A stretch of DNA of 63,111 nt, the filler included, from Octopus bimaculoides (lineage: Eukaryota), in NCBI RefSeq assembly GCF_001194135.2. It is 4 parts of 4 records of this genome, joined end to end, with 100 filler letters (N's around TTAATTAATTAA, not from the genome) between each part and the next. Parts side by side here need not be neighbours in the genome. Positions count along the whole stretch, not along the records: positions 18,916 to 44,201 come from NC_068983.1; 3 more parts are not named here. One strand, given 5' to 3'. The notes under the pieces are model-generated. The model was given only the letters and a program-made list of their open reading frames with translations. It did not search any database and had not been told where the DNA came from. Shown here in pieces: positions 23,373-36,365 of this stretch; positions within the stretch are counted from its first letter, which is position 1; each line of letters opens with the position of its first letter. The translations under genes were made by a program, and so were the position numbers.

Positions 23373-25870
23373 CTAGTATATGTACCAGGTGTTACCCGGG
23401 TTTTAAAAAAATGAAATTTCATGCTAAACTTGATTTATTTTCTTAATACCTATCGTGATTAGTGATTCCGTAATTACTGTCCTAACAACAAATTCTGTGA
23501 GATCATAACAACAATAAACTTGAAACAGAAAATAAAAGCAAATTAGGATCAGATTTCTTCATATACAACATTATGAGCTTTTTCCAACTGAAGTATAAAC
23601 GACAAGATTTCTTTTGAACTTCCAACGCTTGAGCTTCCAACAAACAATTGTCCGTGATAGAAGCAAGTCTCCTCCGATTGCAAGCCATTAACTGATCACG
23701 ACTCTCCCTGCAATTTGTTGATGGACATTACAAAACTTAGTCTTTTAAACTGTATTGGTATATCAGTGGGTATTTACGGAATTCTTGAAATGACTACATT
23801 ATTACCTGCTCCACTTTCAAAGACTATAATAACTTCTGTAACGTACGGCATCATTTTCCTCACAACAAGTCGTGTTCCATTGCACAATTTTGGAGGATCT
23901 AAATTTCTTAGATGCATTATAGGTACTCAAAGTTTCAAGTCAAGCTTACGAGAAGGCAAACCTGGTGGTTCCTGTGAGTTTAAAAACTCGACTGGATAAT
24001 TTGCTATTTTTGATTGATCAATCTGGCAAATTCCAGAAAGGCACATATGAACAAAGTTTATTGCATTCACTGTTACATTCTTCAGAGCTAGAATTGCCCT
24101 TTCACACAATCATTTGTGGTCCTTATAATGTACAGTGAGATTTGGAATGACTTTGTTGAGAGCTCTTTTTCCAGATTTCACCATTGTGCAAATAGATGAT
24201 GAATTTATTGCGCCTTCATTGTCTACATGTCCTCTCCCTGTATTAATAAGTCTTGAGAAAACTGTCTAGATAATCAGTCACCATGGAGATAGCTCGCATA
24301 TTTGTTTCAAGCTTCAATATTTTTATGTAGTGCTCGAGTTGCAAGGATTTAAGGCTCGCACGAATTTCAGTTAGGAAGACTTTGAAGGGTTTGGTCTAAA
24401 ATCACCAGATAGGACAACGCTGTTACACCTCCCACTGGAGAATCATTAATTCGAATATCTCGCAATGATCTGTCAACAGCTTCAAGAGTTATCTTGTCAT
24501 TGTACACTTGTCCCATATTATGACTTGACATCTTCTGAGAAATTCAGCTATTTCTGAATCCTTGCTGATATAGCACGCAGGGCTTTCATTAGACCATATG
24601 TCCAGTGGAAGTCTGAAAATTGAATGGGCTGTACGGCCTCCATGGAGGTTTGCAGCAATACTTGGAGGTGCAAATGGAATGGCAATTCTTCTTCACCGCC
24701 TAGCTTTTGCATAAAGCCGTTTCGTAACAAGTCTCTTTTCAGCCTCTTCTGGTGCATCTAGGAAGGGTATTCCACCATTCTGGTGCTTAATGGTATCAAT
24801 AACTGCTTCGTAGTTTTCTCTTTGATGCCGCCTTTCAGCTGCTCTGTTTCTCTCTCCATTTGCAATCTTTATGACTTTCTTGTTTCTGATTCTACTTCAT
24901 GGTAATCTGTTTTCCTAATCTCTTGGAACGTTGCTCTTGGAGCAAATCACTCGTCTGGCTGATTCTGTCTGCTACTTATCTTTTGTTCTTGAAGTCTCGA
25001 TGCTCTATGCAAACCTGATTTATCTTTGCCGATTCTGAGCATTTCTTAATCTTTATTCTTGAAGTTTTGATGATCTTAGTACATTTGACTTACCCTCTCT
25101 CTTTTATATTGTCCTACTTCTTTTGTATTGAAGTCTAAATGATCTTCGTTCATCTGATTCCTGTTGATGAATAATTGTTTCTTTTTTTTTTCTTTTCTTC
25201 TTCCAATTCATTTTACCCATATTTTTTGTAGCTGCTTTAGAAGTCATTTTTCCTAACACTTGTTCTTCACTGGCATTTTTCTTCGGGTTCATCATGTCAC
25301 TATTATTTATCCGAACAACACGGAGGATGTGATTCGATTAAATTTTGAAATTATACTGAAAATGAAATTCAATATGTTCTGGTTTTATACTTTTAAAAAA
25401 ATTTCAAGGCAAGTTCCAACTTGTTTTATTACTACGACATCATTTTAAGATATTGCACCATATATCTTTAGACATTTGATGGAAGCTTAAAGCTTTTTAT
25501 GTATATGGAATGAAGTAAGTAATTATTTTCAACACCAGCTGTGAAAATGAAGCGTTTGTCCCATGTTACCAAGTTTAAAGAACTTGACCATACGCCCTTT
25601 TGTTTTTACATAATCATTAAACTTATGGCGGAATTTACGTTCTTCTAAAATTTTTTCAATTTTATTCATGGGGCCAAAAATGTATGTTTCCCCAATGGTC
25701 CATGAACCAGATCCATATTTGTGCAAAACTTAATCCTGAGTTTAAAGAATCTATAAACCAAGTTTGAACATAAATGGTCAACAGATTTTCGAGCACACAG
25801 GAGACGAACAAATAGACAAATAAACAACCAATTTCATACGAATGGCTTTCTGACGGGTTCGAATACATAT
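23373..25870 (-). mobile_element. Internally deleted, degenerate Helitron (PIF1-like helicase); 5' limit approximate
   Basis: LDAP...GGRTAHSIFRLPL...IIWD...SGDFRQ; NYPVEFLNSQEPPGLP; LRNLDPPKLCNGTRL; 3' hairpin CCGGG-TAACA-CCTGG (23385-23399), then CTAG followed by T. Confidence 0.9.
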
Positions 25871-26141
25871 GTCTCAGACATAATTGAACTGGTATACGTC
25901 AGAGACAGCTCACCTGTGAACTACAGATTCGAGAACAAGTCGAAACGGTTGGAGTGGAATTGAATAAAGAATTTTATAAATTTTATTTTCAGTCTCTATT
26001 TATATAAACTCTCCGGACACTATTGAATACCTGAAGTATATCCAGTAGCAGGAGTATTTCTACTGTATAGTGACATCAGGTAGCCAATAATTGTAGACGA
26101 GCTTTGCATAGTATTCTACAAGGTTTATACCCGAATCTCAC

Positions 26142-26177
<36 letters not shown>

Positions 26178-26669
26178 AAGCATCCTAGTCTACAACTGCT
26201 GTTTTATTTGCCACATACCTATGTACCAATCGTGTTTATTCACACCTATCTTTATATTTGTTTGGTTTTGTAATTTTAGACGATTTTCTTTACAGAAGTA
26301 AGTCGAAAGTTGATAATAGGGTTATACAGAATTTTGGTATACTACGTTTCTTCATTTCAATTTCCTGGCCAAGGTAAGCCGATATTAGTTAAATTTTAAA
26401 AGGTAAGAACGTTTGCAACTTGTCAAGATAAGAGTCAACCACACAAAACACAATACTGTCTCTAATTTCCTTTTCCAATCTGTTCAAATTCTATTTGAAC
26501 GGAGACGTGTTTCATCAACTTCGATATCAATAAAAAAGCAACATGTGGTTGCAGTTGTTTCATTCAGAAGTGTCACTCTCTATTGATTCTTTTCGATAAG
26601 GACGAGGTCAATATTTGGAAATATCAGAAGCGCAATAAGTTAGTGGAAGAGGTAGAACAAGATCGTGAT

Positions 26670-26879
26670 TTCGATTCGTGGACCGGACAGTGCGTAGTGC
26701 TCTTGAGCAAAAACACTTCGTCTCACGTTGCTCTGCAATCACTTCGACACCTGACACGTGGTACGCGTGTGGACGTGTACTAACAATGACGATTTGAGGG
26801 AAGAAGGGAGCTAATGTGCAGCTCTTTCGTTTGATGACAATAAATAAATCGTCTCTGGTTTACAACTGAAGTGTCCAGT

Positions 26880-26880
<1 letters not shown>
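26670..26880 (+). mobile_element. SINE fragment (family E-related)
   Basis: TTCGATTC...TCTTGAGCAAAAACACTT...GTTGCTC matches other copies. Confidence 0.6.
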
Positions 26881-26917
<37 letters not shown>

Positions 26918-27462
26918 AGAACTCAATTGCTAATCCCTGTATATTTATGGTTATATATATATATATATATATATANNNNNNNNNNNNNNNNNNNNNNNNN
27001 NNNNNNNNNNNNNNNNNNNNNNNNNNNNNNNNNNNNNNNNNNNNNNNNNNNNNNNNNNNNNNNNNNNNNNNNNNNNNNNNNNNNNNNNNNNNNNNNNNNN
27101 NNNNNNNNNNNNNNNNNNNNNNNNNNNNNNNNNNNNNNNNNNNNNNNNNNNNNNNNNNNNNNNNNNNNNNNNNNNNNNNNNNNNNNNNNNNNNNNNNNNN
27201 NNNNNNNNNNNNNNNNNNNNNNNNNNNNNNNNNNNNNNNNNNNNNNNNNNNNNNNNNNNNNNNNNNNNNNNNNNNNNNNNNNNNNNNNNNNNNNNNNNNN
27301 NNNNNNNNNNNNNNNNNNNNNNNNNNNNNNNNNNNNNNNNNNNNNNNNNNNNNNNNNNNNNNNNNNNNNNNNNNNNNNNNNNNNNNNNNNNNNNNNNNNN
27401 NNNNNNNNNNNNNNNNNNNNNNNNNNNNNNNNNNNNNNNNNNNNNNNNNNNNNNNNNNNNNN

Positions 27463-27517
<55 letters not shown>

Positions 27518-28659
27518 ATGTAGATATATGCATACACACGCACATAATATTCACAGACACACATATATCCAGTCCACAGATGAGATCCAGAGATTCTCCG
27601 TAAAGAAGACAGTAGTGCTCAAAAGATGTCTTTGCAGGGTGTCGATTCCACAAGGTAAAGAAATGGTATAGAAGCAATTATGAAGATAAGCAAATTAGCT
27701 ATATGACATATTTTAAATATAATAGTTTTGGTATGAAATACAAAATATGTATAGATGTATACACGCAAAACAAGAGAAAGCACCTGGTAGTGTTGTTAGA
27801 CCGTCGACGGATTAAGTCTACCTCCTAAGTAAGACGAGGTAGTATTTGAATTCAAAAAAGCAGAGACGAGACAAATTCATTAAGGTATATAGTCTATTGT
27901 TTTTTTTCGGTTCCTCCATTGGTACTTTTTTATCGACCCTGAAAGATATAAGGCAAAACCTTCACCGTGACAGGATTTGAACTAAAAGCGCAGAGAGTCG
28001 GAATAAATACTTCATAGAAATCTGTTCGACGCTCTAACGAGTCTATTAGTTTACCACATGTTGGACCAAAATATAAATAACTAGGAATTTATTCAATTTT
28101 TCTGCTGAATTCATATGTACGCAACTTAAGGAAAAATAAAGTTTGTGTTATATTCTCCGTCAAGTCAATAAAAATAGGAACATATTTGCTAAATCCTTCA
28201 GATTTAATCCTGCTGTAAATTTATTTCGATTTATTGAATGAAATTCCTACTATTACTTGCAACTATGTATTTTTGAGATGGCTAATCTATTTCACAAAAC
28301 TTTTCGATCTGTCAGTTCCGCTATTTGTAAGATAAATATATTATTTACCATTTAAATATTTGTTAATAGACAGCAAGCGAGAATTTAAAGCAGCGAAAAT
28401 AATCTTATGAATGAAAATAGTTCGGTGAAACTTTGCTTTAAATGTTAAATAGGCATTGCAACAAAAATTACCGCTATGAGTTTCGTTCATAAACGTTAAG
28501 TGATGATAACTGTTATCCATTGTATCGTAGGTGAAGTCCCACTGAAGGAAGACATACAGCTAACGTACGAGTTGGAAACAGGGACATGGAGGTGGACATT
28601 ATACCTGATTACTTAAAAAATATGAAGTACTCTTGAATGCTAAATGGTGCGCATATATC

Positions 28660-29175
28660 TGAAAGCTCACGACAGAGAGCTTAAAGGATGATGTATTTAT
28701 TCCCATATAAAATTCAGCTAGTGCAGCAACTGAAGCTAACAGATTATTGGGTACGATTAGTGTCCGCTGCCCAGATCAAGAAACTCACGCTCACTTGACT
28801 TCTCTTGTGGGAATATCTGAAAGACAGAGTATACCATAACAAGCTTGGGTCCATCCAGCAGTTGAAGACGAAGAAATTGATGGAGTAAGTCAAGAAACGT
28901 TACGAATGGTGATGGGACACTAGAAAAAGTTCACCATTCTCAAGAACGAAAGGGTGGCCATTTGAAAGGACATCATCTTCAAAACTAATTCTGAATGTTT
29001 TCAAAAGAGTGTATTTATTATTTATAAAAGACAATTAATTGATGACATATCTGAATGTGTAAACTCAACGCCACTCACAGCTAGTCAAGCCCCCAAACCA
29101 GGTAACATCTTTCAAACTTGTACTTTAATAAAGGTAAATATGAAATTGTTTAGTGACTTTTGGACTGCCCTGTGT
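28660..29175 (+). mobile_element. Internally deleted Tc1/mariner-superfamily relic (3' part)
   Basis: FPYKIQLVQQLK; degenerate RSPDLTPLDFFLWGYLKDRVY-like block; GGHL.DIIFKN stop; TIR-like CTTTTTGGACTGCCCTGT near 29157-29174. Confidence 0.7.
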
Positions 29176-29781
29176 GAATAAATATATATATAATATTGTG
29201 TATAGATGTATATATATGTGTGCGTGTATGTTGTGTGTATGTTGTGTGTGTATGCATGTGTGTGTGTGTGTATGTTTAAGTGTGTACTCCTATTCATGAA
29301 TGCATTCATATGACCACCCAATTAATGTGTCGATGTATGTGCAAGTATTAGTATTTATTGAGCTGTTACATTTACATGCTCTTTAGGACCGAAGTCAACG
29401 CTTGCAACAATTTATTAATTTATTTCTTATTTATCGATCGCTCGTCTCATTGTATTTATAAAGAGGTTCCACAAAATCTGTGTCGTCAGTCAATACGTTT
29501 AGGTTGTCTGACATGATTAAACGACCAATTGAAACTTAAAAGAAAGCAATAAGAATCACAGCCACAACTACAACAATAAAACATATAAAAAAATATATAT
29601 ATTTCAAACAAAATAAAATAAAAAGACAGAAGGGGAATAGTATGTACTGAAAATCACCTTCTTCTCCACCACACCCAACAGCAAATTAATTGATGATATA
29701 ACTGAATGTGTAAACTCAACGCCACTCACAGCTAGTCAAGCTCCCAAACCAGGTAACATCTTTCAAACTTGTACTTTAATA
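29031..29781 (+). repeat. ~100-bp direct duplication (29031-29130 and 29682-29781)
   Basis: Near-identical copies; each has AG + 71 nt + GTAACA. Confidence 0.92.
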
Positions 29782-30299
29782 TCTTTTTTCTTTATTTCAT
29801 GTTCCCAAATTATTTTTGGCATTTTACATTTTACACTAACCACAACATATTTACACATCACCTATACTTCTAGTTTATGTATTATATCTATATTTTTTAA
29901 TTCGCATTCATATTGCTTGCTTAGCCTTCATATCATAGCCTTCATATCATAGCATTATCATTGTATATTTAAGGCGGTGAGCTGGCAGGAACGGTGAAAG
30001 GCGTAGCAGTATTTCGTCCATCTTTACGTTGAATTCAAATTCCGCAGAGCTCGATTTTTGCCTTTCATCCTCGCGTCACTCTAATCGACTGGCCCTTTCC
30101 CCAAAAAATTTAGGCCCTTGTATATTTTGCACCCGTTCCTTAATTTTGCTTTGACAGTGACAAAATATGTATTTTTTAACCAATTTTAATGACCATACAT
30201 TCGTTTTTTCACCACACTGGTATCAAGGATGGTTGCTGATCACATGAAACCCTTATTTCACACCGGTAATAAATTTTAGGGTCTTTATTTATCAAAGAG

Positions 30300-30502
30300 T
30301 TACTCTTTTACTTGTTTCAGTCATTTGACTGTGGCCATGCTGGAGCACCGCCTTTTTAGTCGAGGAAATCGACCCCAGGACTTATTCTTTGTAAGCCTAG
30401 TACTTATTCTATCGGTCACTTTTGCCGAACCGCTAAGTTACAGGGACGTAAACACACCAGCATCGGTTGTCAAGCGATGTTGGGGGGACAAACACAGACA
30501 CA

Positions 30503-30572
<70 letters not shown>

Positions 30573-30745
30573 TACGACGGGCTTCTTTCAGTTTCCGTCT
30601 CCCAAATCCACTCACAAGGCTTTGGTCGGCCCTAGGCTACAGTAGAAGACACTTGCCCAAGGTGCCACGCAGTGGGACTGAACCCGGAACCATGTGGTTC
30701 GTAAGCAAGCTACTTATCACACAGCCACTCCTTCGCCTACTTTTT
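30300..30745 (-). mobile_element. tRNA-derived SINE (family B), full length
   Basis: Reverse head AGGCGAAGGAGTGGCTGTGTGATAAG...GGTTCAGTCCC; internal (CA)(TA) tract. Confidence 0.92.
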
Positions 30746-31131
30746 AAGTTAATTTGTGATATAAAAAATGGATGCGCATATCGAGACACCGCATTGTGTC
30801 CTTGAGCAAGACACTTCATTTCCGTTGCTCTAGTTTAGACTGCTGGCTTAAATGAACAGTACCCGTATTTCAAAAGGGCTAGCTTTATCACATTCTGTGT
30901 CACGCTGAATCTTTCTGAGAATTACGTTAAGGGAATCGTTGAAACTAGGTTCAGAAACTATTTCTAATATGATAATTCCAGAGGCGTGGTGTTTACCCCT
31001 CGTTTTGTGGAACTTTAAAAATATCTGAGAGAGGAGAGATGAATCGATTTTAGGATATGATGTCACTGGACTTAGCAGCGTAAAATAACAAGACAGCTGG
31101 CTATTGAATAGTCGAAATATTATCGTTATGA

Positions 31132-31208
<77 letters not shown>

Positions 31209-31211
31209 GTG

Positions 31212-31600
31212 CGAGCGTAGCTATGTGATAAGAAGTTTGCTTCCCAACCACATGGTCCCAAGTTCAATCCCACTCAGGCAAGTATCTTCTACTATAGCCT
31301 TGGGCTGACTAAAGCCTGGTGACTGGATTCGGTAGATGGAAACCCTAAGAATTCCGTCGTATGTATACATATATCTCTGTGTGAGTGTGTTTGTTTTTCT
31401 GTCTCTGTTTGTTCCCCACTACCACTTGTCAACCGGTGCTGGTTTGTTTACGGCCACATTACTTTGCAGTTCGGCAAAGTAACCGATAAAATATGTAACA
31501 GGCTTTAAATAAAAAATGTACTGGAGTCCTTTCATTCAACTAAAATTCTTTAAGAAGGTGCCTAAGCATGGCCGCAGTCTAATGACTGAAACAAGTAAAA
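31212..31600 (+). mobile_element. SINE family B after a (CTA)n(CTG)n tract
   Basis: GCTATGTGATAAGAAGTTTGC...GTTCAATCCC...GACTGAAACAAGTAAAAG. Confidence 0.85.
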
Positions 31601-31631
31601 GTTAAAAGACACACAAACACACACACATAAT

Positions 31632-31925
31632 CCTTTCTACTAAAGGCACAAGGCCTGAAATATGTGGGGAGGGGACTAGTTGATTACATCGACCCAGTGT
31701 TTCACTGGTACTTAATATGTCGACCCCGAAAGGATGAAAGGCAAAGTCGACCTTGGCTAAGCATTTCGTCTGTCGTTTACGTTCTGAGTTCAAATTCCGC
31801 CGAAGTCGACTTGGCCTTTCATCCTTTCGGGGTCGATAAATTAAGTACCAGTTGTGTACTGGGTCGATGTAATCGACTAGTTCCCTTCCCAACAAATTTC
31901 AGGCCTTGTGCCTTTAGTAGAAAGG
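31632..31925. repeat. Head-to-head pair of family A SINE 3' halves forming a ~125-bp-arm palindrome
   Basis: 31632-31755 is the reverse complement of 31803-31925 at roughly 88% by eye. Confidence 0.88.
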
Positions 31926-32002
<77 letters not shown>

Positions 32003-32012
32003 CATTATTATT

Positions 32013-32442
32013 GAGTGAGAGAGCAGTACATGCTATCAAAGTGGCACTGGGGTAAAATATACGAAGCCCAGTATACCCATCATGACTACCCGTCTGATAA
32101 GGGTACACCAGGCACATGCAGCACAATCATATGTGCGTGACATGGTCATCTCATATCAAGATAAACAGCGCACGACCTTGCAGGTGAGACCTAGTTAGAA
32201 TTTTCGTCAGGTCGAGTAGCCTATCCCGCTCAAAAGGTCCCTGAATTAGGGTTGTTTAAGGATGTTGAACGAAACACTGATGCTTCCAAAGGTGAATTAT
32301 CCAAACCCCAAAGAATTCCTCCCAGCACATGGCTATGATGCTCCCCCACTACTTCTGCTCGTGATCAGAGATGCACATATCATCTGCCACTAAGGGACAT
32401 GCTCAACTGGTTAAGGTCAAACAACTGACAAGCAAATTCTGT
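32013..32442 (-). mobile_element. Family D (TAA)n-tailed retroposon, cut by a gap
   Basis: Reverse complement of 9854-10386. Confidence 0.88.
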
Positions 32443-32454
32443 NNNNNNNNNNTA

Positions 32455-32845
32455 TAAGACGGCGAGCTGGCAGAAACGTTAGCACGCCGGGCGAAATGGT
32501 TAGCGGTATTTACGTTCTGAGTTCAAATTCAGCCGAGGTCGACTTTGCCTTTCATCCTTTCAGGATCGATAAATTAAGTACCAGCTGCGTTCTGGAGTCA
32601 TCCTAATCGACTAGCCCCCTCCCCCAAATTTTGGAGCCTTGTACCTAGAGTAGAAAAGAATATTTAAGGCGGCAAGCTGGTAGAAACGTTAGCACGCCGG
32701 ACGAAATGCTTAGCAGTATTTCGTCTGTCTTTACGTTCTGAGTTTAAATTCCGCTGTATGTACCAGTTACATACTTGGGTCGATCTAATCGACTGGCCCC
32801 TCCCCCAAAATTTCGGGCTTTCTGCCTAGAGTAGAAAAGAATATA
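32455..32845 (+). mobile_element. Two tandem family A SINEs
   Basis: Two heads (GGCGAGCTGGCAGAAACG, GGCAAGCTGGTAGAAACG), each ending CCTAGAGTAGAAAAGAATAT. Confidence 0.88.
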
Positions 32846-32905
32846 ACATACACTATACAATATATTACTGTAATGATAAAATGTAGAATATATAACCATC
32901 ATGAT

Positions 32906-33244
32906 CAGTGTTTCTCAACCGCCCCCTTTTATTTTGCCCATGGACCCTTTTGGTTCTTATTTTACTCGATGGAGTGGGGACCGTCATGGCCATTCGACGC
33001 CGATAAACTCCCAACACATTTTTATGAGTAAATGATATCAGGAAATGTAAAAAGTTTTAAATATTTTGTGTATTACAGAAATGTAAGCCATTTGTTGCGC
33101 ATACATTTCAACAACAAAACCTTATACGAATCTCCAAGGGCCACATGGGTCCCCAAGGGCCACATGGGTCCCCAAGGGCCACATGAGTCCCCAAGGGCCA
33201 TATGAACCTCCAAGGGCCATATAGACCCCAGTTGAAAATCACTG
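32906..33244. mobile_element. hAT-like MITE with TIRs and an internal 20-bp minisatellite
   Basis: CAGTGTTTCTCAAC ... GTTGAAAATCACTG; unit CCAAGGGCCACATGGGTCCC about five times at 33134-33230; no TSD seen. Confidence 0.7.
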
Positions 33245-34754
33245 GTTCAGACGATGAAAACATATAAAATCGAAATAATAAACTATTAAATATATCAAAC
33301 ATTACAGCAAGGACAAAATATATAACGTATAAGTTGTGGTGGGAATAGTATTTGTGGATCTCCGTCGCTCGACGATGATGATTCAGTTGTGGGAGAAACA
33401 GAATTATTTGCCCCTGAATTAACGTGTAAGCAGCTGATCTTCCACAGATACGTGTACCCTTAAAAACTGGCACTCCATCGTTTACAATGGTGAGGGTTCC
33501 AGTTGAGCACTCCACAGGCATGCCTGCCGTTAATGTGTTGAAGTGAAAAATTTTGCAGCTTTGATAAGTGCATATTACTGTGAATATGTATGTGTATGGG
33601 TTTATGTATGTGTATTGTGTGTGTGTATGTGTGTTTATGTGTGTGTATATGTGTGTGCGTCTGTTCAACAAGAAAGACGGTTCTGCAATTTCTTGTTGAA
33701 CATGAACAGCCTGCACAGATGATTTTGTTTATTGTGATGAAATTTTCGTGCTGCTCATGCGCATGAATTCAATTCCACCCCTACCCCGCATCAAATCAGC
33801 ATTACCTGTGTAGAAACGCGAGGATGTCGAGGTGATCGCGAAGCTACGTGAGATGAAGTGTTTTACTCGAGAACGCAACGCACTGCCCGATCCGGGAATC
33901 GAACCCCTGTCACGCGATCGCAAGCGCAACAGCTTAACCAGTAAGACATGCGCCCACACACACACACGCACAAACATATATACATATATATATACATACT
34001 ACATGTATATATATATATATATATNNNNNNNNNNNNNNNNNNNNNNNNNNNNNNNNNNNNNNNNNNNNNNNNNNNNNNNNNNNNNNNNNNNNNNNNNNNN
34101 NNNNNNNNNNNNNNNNNNNNNNNNNNNNNNNNNNNNNNNNNNNNNNNNNNNNNNNNNNNNNNNNNNNNNNNNNNNNNNNNNNNNNNNNNNNNNNNNNNNN
34201 NNNNNNNNNNNNNNNNNNNNNNNNNNNNNNNNNNNNNNNNNNNNNNNNNNNNNNNNNNNNNNNNNNNNNNNNNNNNNNNNNNNNNNNNNNNNNNNNNNNN
34301 NNNNNNNNNNNNNNNNNNNNNNNNNNNNNNNNNNNNNNNNNNNNNNNNNNNNNNNNNNNNNNNNNNNNNNNNNNNNNNNNNNNNNNNNNNNNNNNNNNNN
34401 NNNNNNNNNNNNNNNNNNNNNNNNNNNNNNNNNNNNNNNNNNNNNNNNNNNNNNNNNNNNNNNNNNNNNNNNNNNNNNNNNNNNNNNNNNNNNNNNNNNN
34501 NNNNNNNNNNNNNNNNNNNNNNNNNNNNNNNNNNNNNNNNNNNNNNNNNNNNNNNNNNNNNNNNNNNNNNNNNNNNNNNNNNNNNNNNNNNNNNNNNNNN
34601 NNNNNNNNNNNNNNNNNNNNNNNNNNNNNNNNNNNNNNNNNNNNNNNNNNNNNNNNNNNNNNNNNNNNNNNNNNNNNNNNNNNNNNNNNNNNNNNNNNNN
34701 NNNNNNNNNNNNNNNNNNNNNNNNNNNNNNNNNNNNNNNNNNNNNNNNNNNNCT

Positions 34755-35090
34755 GTAACTTAGCGGTTCGGCAAAAGAAACTGATATAATAAGTACTAGG
34801 CTTACAAAGAATATTCCTGGGGTCGATTTGTTCGACTAAAGGCAGTGCTCCAGCATGGCTGCAGTCAAATGACTGACACAAGTAAAAGAATAAAAGAATA
34901 ACATACATACATACATACTCACACACATACATACATACATACATACATACATACATACATACATACATACATACATACACGACGGACTTTTTAACCGAAT
35001 TCACTCACTTTTCCAAGGGGCCATACAGGAATCGAAAACCACGGGATTGCAAACCAGACGTTCACACGCTGGCAGCTATGCCTGCGCCCA
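34755..35090 (-). mobile_element. SINE family B with (CATA)n tract
   Basis: Similarity to 30300-30745. Confidence 0.8.
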
Positions 35091-36221
35091 CTATCGACAG
35101 ATCTTGTTTAATACTTCCTCGCTGACTTCATGTACAAAGACCAATGACAGCTTATGCTTATCACGTCCTACCATGTCGTTACTTTAGCGTTAATGGGACG
35201 CAATTGTCGTTTATTTATCTCTCTTTCATCAGCAGAAATTGTCAATGATACGATAAAAATAAAAACTAATTCTTTAATAATCACAAAACTAATCATATAT
35301 TTCGTGCGAATGAAACCCTCTTTAATAACCTGCTGAGAATTTTGACAAACTCATTCTGCATCAGGAGATTATGGCAGCCATCACTCATATATGACGGGAC
35401 CGCCACTACTACCACTCTCATACGTTCTATAACAGCAGCAGCAGCAGCAGTAGTAGTGGCAGCAGTGGTGGTGGAACATGGTTAGCGAATACTGTGTAAA
35501 AACCCGTACATACATACATGTAATATATTGAAAAGATAGAGTCAGCTATTTAATAAACACTATACATGTTCGATAACGGAATGCGCCTTAAATATATATA
35601 ATTATATATATATATATTATATCCCCTTCACCGTTCCCTGTCTGTCCCTCTCTCTCCCTCACTCTTCCGCCTTTGATCTCGTTACTCGCACGTGGCCATC
35701 GGCCATCTTTCTTTACATAACTTGAATTTCTCTCTTTTCTTCTTTCTTTCTTTCTTTCTTTCTGATCAGCTGCAGGGATAAGACGCATTCTTGTCTGTCT
35801 CCTGCCAGAGATTGTTCCTCCGCGTTCACCAACTCCACTCGTTCAAGTATAGCAGCCCTTCCGGTTTGTTTCCACCGTCCTGTTTTTGTTACCAACTGTG
35901 ACCCTCCACAAAATCCCAAGTTTTATTTAATTTGCTTTGCAGGAACAACTGCTTTGTCGAAAACGTATCTTGTGAATTGCTCGAAATACGAAGTAGAAAA
36001 AAAGCTGACAACTGATGAAGGGTCATTTTTTATGTTGCTTGTCTTGTTTTCCATTTGATTCTTTCGTTATTCGCAAAAAAATTTCGTATTCCATGTTTTC
36101 GTAATTCATATTGTTTACGTTCTGTTTTATCCTATGCCCATATATGCATATGTATATACATATATATGTATGTACATATATGTATGTATGTATGTATATT
36201 TATATATTATTTATATTATAT

Positions 36222-36277
<56 letters not shown>

Positions 36278-36365
36278 TTCAAATATACAGAAAACAAAAG
36301 ACGAAGACAGGTGGTGTAGACAACAAACAGATGTATTAGTTTAACACTCGGGAAGTGAAAAAGTA

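Noticed and set aside
33108-33716. 202-aa minus-strand ORF with a Cys-containing, protein-like middle
   Set aside because: The middle (33350-33520) is a decayed family C SINE read antisense (TCCGTCGCT..., GAGCACTCCACAG, ACGTGTACCCTT); the ends are microsatellite and MITE sequence.
36014-36030. CTGATGAAGG starts here and at 47042
   Set aside because: No downstream stem II and GAAA closure, so no complete ribozyme fold is visible.
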